64,000 nucleotides of DNA from an uncultured delta proteobacterium (GTDB lineage: Bacteria; Desulfobacterota; Binatia; DP-6): positions 357,966 to 421,965 of the forward strand of contig CAWKPA010000010.1 in the NCBI GenBank assembly GCA_963851365.1, in the 5' to 3' direction. Below the pieces are notes generated by a model that was given only the letters and a program-made list of their open reading frames with translations, was not told the origin of the DNA and ran no database searches. Below are positions 62,831 through 64,000 of this stretch, in pieces (position 1 is the stretch's first letter; each line of letters starts with the position of its first letter). The translations under genes and the position numbers were made by a program.

Positions 62831-64000
62831 ATGCCGCGACGCGGGCCCTGGATACTCGTTCGGGTGCTGCTGGTTCCCGTGTTGGCGTTCCCCGCCGTGT
62901 CCCGGCGTGCGAGCGCCGAGATCGCCGACGCCGTGGCGGACGGCGTGCTCGGTCATTCGGACTTCGAGACGGCGCCCGGGCTGGGCATCGGACCCGCCAC
63001 GTTCGCGATGCCACGAGGCGTGGCCATCGACCGCAGCGTGACGCCGAACCGCGCCTTCGTCTCGGACGGCGCCTATCACCGCATCCTCGGATGGGCCGAC
63101 GTCGACGCGCTCGTGAACGGCGCGCCCGCGGACCTGGTGATCGGGCAGGCCGACTTCTCTTCCTTCGGGTGCAACCGCAACCCGTCTGGGTCGATCGGCA
63201 CCGCGAGCGCCACGCCCTCGTCGTTGTGCGAGCCCGCCGGCCTCGCGGTCGACAGCGCGGGACGGCTCTACGTCGCCGACACGAACAACTGCCGCGTTCT
63301 CGTCTTCGACGACCCGTTCGGCACCGACGCCGATGCGGATCTGGTGATCGGCACCACCGCGGGCGCCTGCAACGGCACCGTCGCCGAACCGGGCCGGCTC
63401 TTCCTGCCACGCGGAGTCATGGTCGACGCGTCCGACAACCTCTGGGTGGCGGACACCTTCAACTGTCGCGTGCTCGAGTACGACGGCCCGGTGTCGTCGA
63501 CCGGCACCGACCCCGATCGCGTGTTCGGACAGCCGAACTTCACCACCCGCACCTGCTCCACCTTCCAGTTCCCCGAGGGCCTGGCGCTCGATTCCACCGG
63601 GCGGCTGTTCGTCGGCACGCCCTCGACGGTCTTCCAGTTCGACGCCGCCCTCACGTCCGACCCCGGCTGGGACCGCCAGCTCGGCACCGCGCAATGCAAC
63701 GCGGGCGGCGAAAGCTCGTCCACCACCTGCGGCCCCGTCGCGGTCGCCACCGACGCTGGCGACCGCCTCTACGTCGCGGATGCCGGCAACAACCGCGTCC
63801 TGGGATTCGACACGCCCGCGGTGGTTCCGCAGGCGGCACGGGTCTTCGGGCAGAACGGTTTCACCGGCGCGAGCACCCTGTTCGTGGACGAGTGCAACAA
63901 GGGCGGCCCGAGCGCCACGAGCCTGTGCCTGCGCAAGGTCCAGCTGCTCACCCTGGGCGGGACGTATGCCCAGGCCGCCGACCTCGAGCTCGACGCGACG
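62831..64000 (+). CDS. Secreted NHL-repeat (beta-propeller) protein; 3' end lies outside the window
   Basis: GGAAGGAG RBS 7 nt upstream of the ATG. Signal peptide. Repeated RLYVADTNNCRVLVFD / NLWVADTFNCRVLEYD / RLYVADAGNNRVLGFD NHL motifs. The ORF runs off the window end in frame. Confidence 0.8.
   Translation, partial: MPRRGPWILVRVLLVPVLAFPAVSRRASAEIADAVADGVLGHSDFETAPGLGIGPATFAMPRGVAIDRSVTPNRAFVSDGAYHRILGWADVDALVNGAPADLVIGQADFSSFGCNRNPSGSIGTASATPSSLCEPAGLAVDSAGRLYVADTNNCRVLVFDDPFGTDADADLVIGTTAGACNGTVAEPGRLFLPRGVMVDASDNLWVADTFNCRVLEYDGPVSSTGTDPDRVFGQPNFTTRTCSTFQFPEGLALDSTGRLFVGTPSTVFQFDAALTSDPGWDRQLGTAQCNAGGESSSTTCGPVAVATDAGDRLYVADAGNNRVLGFDTPAVVPQAARVFGQNGFTGASTLFVDECNKGGPSATSLCLRKVQLLTLGGTYAQAADLELDAT

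Overview
This is a 64 kb, very GC-rich (about 70%) chromosomal segment from a Gram-negative-type bacterium; it carries the LPS/Kdo genes, lptABC, rpoN and ptsN. I see no tRNA, rRNA, CRISPR array or obvious mobile element in it, so it is mostly core chromosome. All calls are by eye from motifs and homolog-like sequence, not database hits, and starts in this composition are approximate within a few codons.

Identifiable blocks, in window order:
- 1-2470: partial acyl-CoA synthetase gene, a GAF-GGDEF gene, and a DUF3237 gene.
- 2480-3820: an alpha/beta-hydrolase fused to a class III nucleotide cyclase.
- 3893-7355: a tightly overlapping minus-strand operon: yhbY-like, DUF456, small membrane protein, DUF3604, YvlD/holin-4-like.
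- 7381-9890: a phosphoketolase (xfp) gene riddled with in-frame stops and frameshifts.
- 10540-16447: pgpA-cinA-DUF1772-dapF-SRPBCC-thpR-recA-recX.
- 16540-21588: cysQ-like, a glycerophosphodiesterase, an M23 peptidase, ruvX and mltG.
- 21596-25216: two tandem paralogous secreted proteins divergent from lexA, then hemW.
- 25244-29987: ahcY and metK flanking a TetR/carotenoid-cleavage-oxygenase operon that has a clear palindromic operator.
- 30063-42428: the conserved kdsB-pyrG-kdsA-kdsD-LPLAT-lptCAB-rpoN-hpf-ptsN-hprK-rapZ-EIIA(Man)-HPr cluster; its pyrG/kdsA/kdsD section is full of 1-nt frame errors.
- 42568-49629: a 2353-aa lectin + DUF11-repeat giant surface protein.
- 49710-54074: a HupE/UreJ gene divergent from a second, frameshifted DUF3604 copy, then a PpiC-like gene.
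- 54114-64000: thioredoxin-TPR, acyl-CoA dehydrogenase, a spermidine-synthase-like protein, an esterase, a sulfatase, a GH15 hydrolase, an EF-hand-like hypothetical and a partial NHL-repeat protein.

The most notable candidates are the two DUF3604 loci and their membrane/metal-transporter partners, the hydrolase-cyclase fusion, the giant adhesin, and the three dense error or pseudogene zones (about 7.4-9.9 kb, 39.0-41.6 kb, 50.9-52.3 kb).
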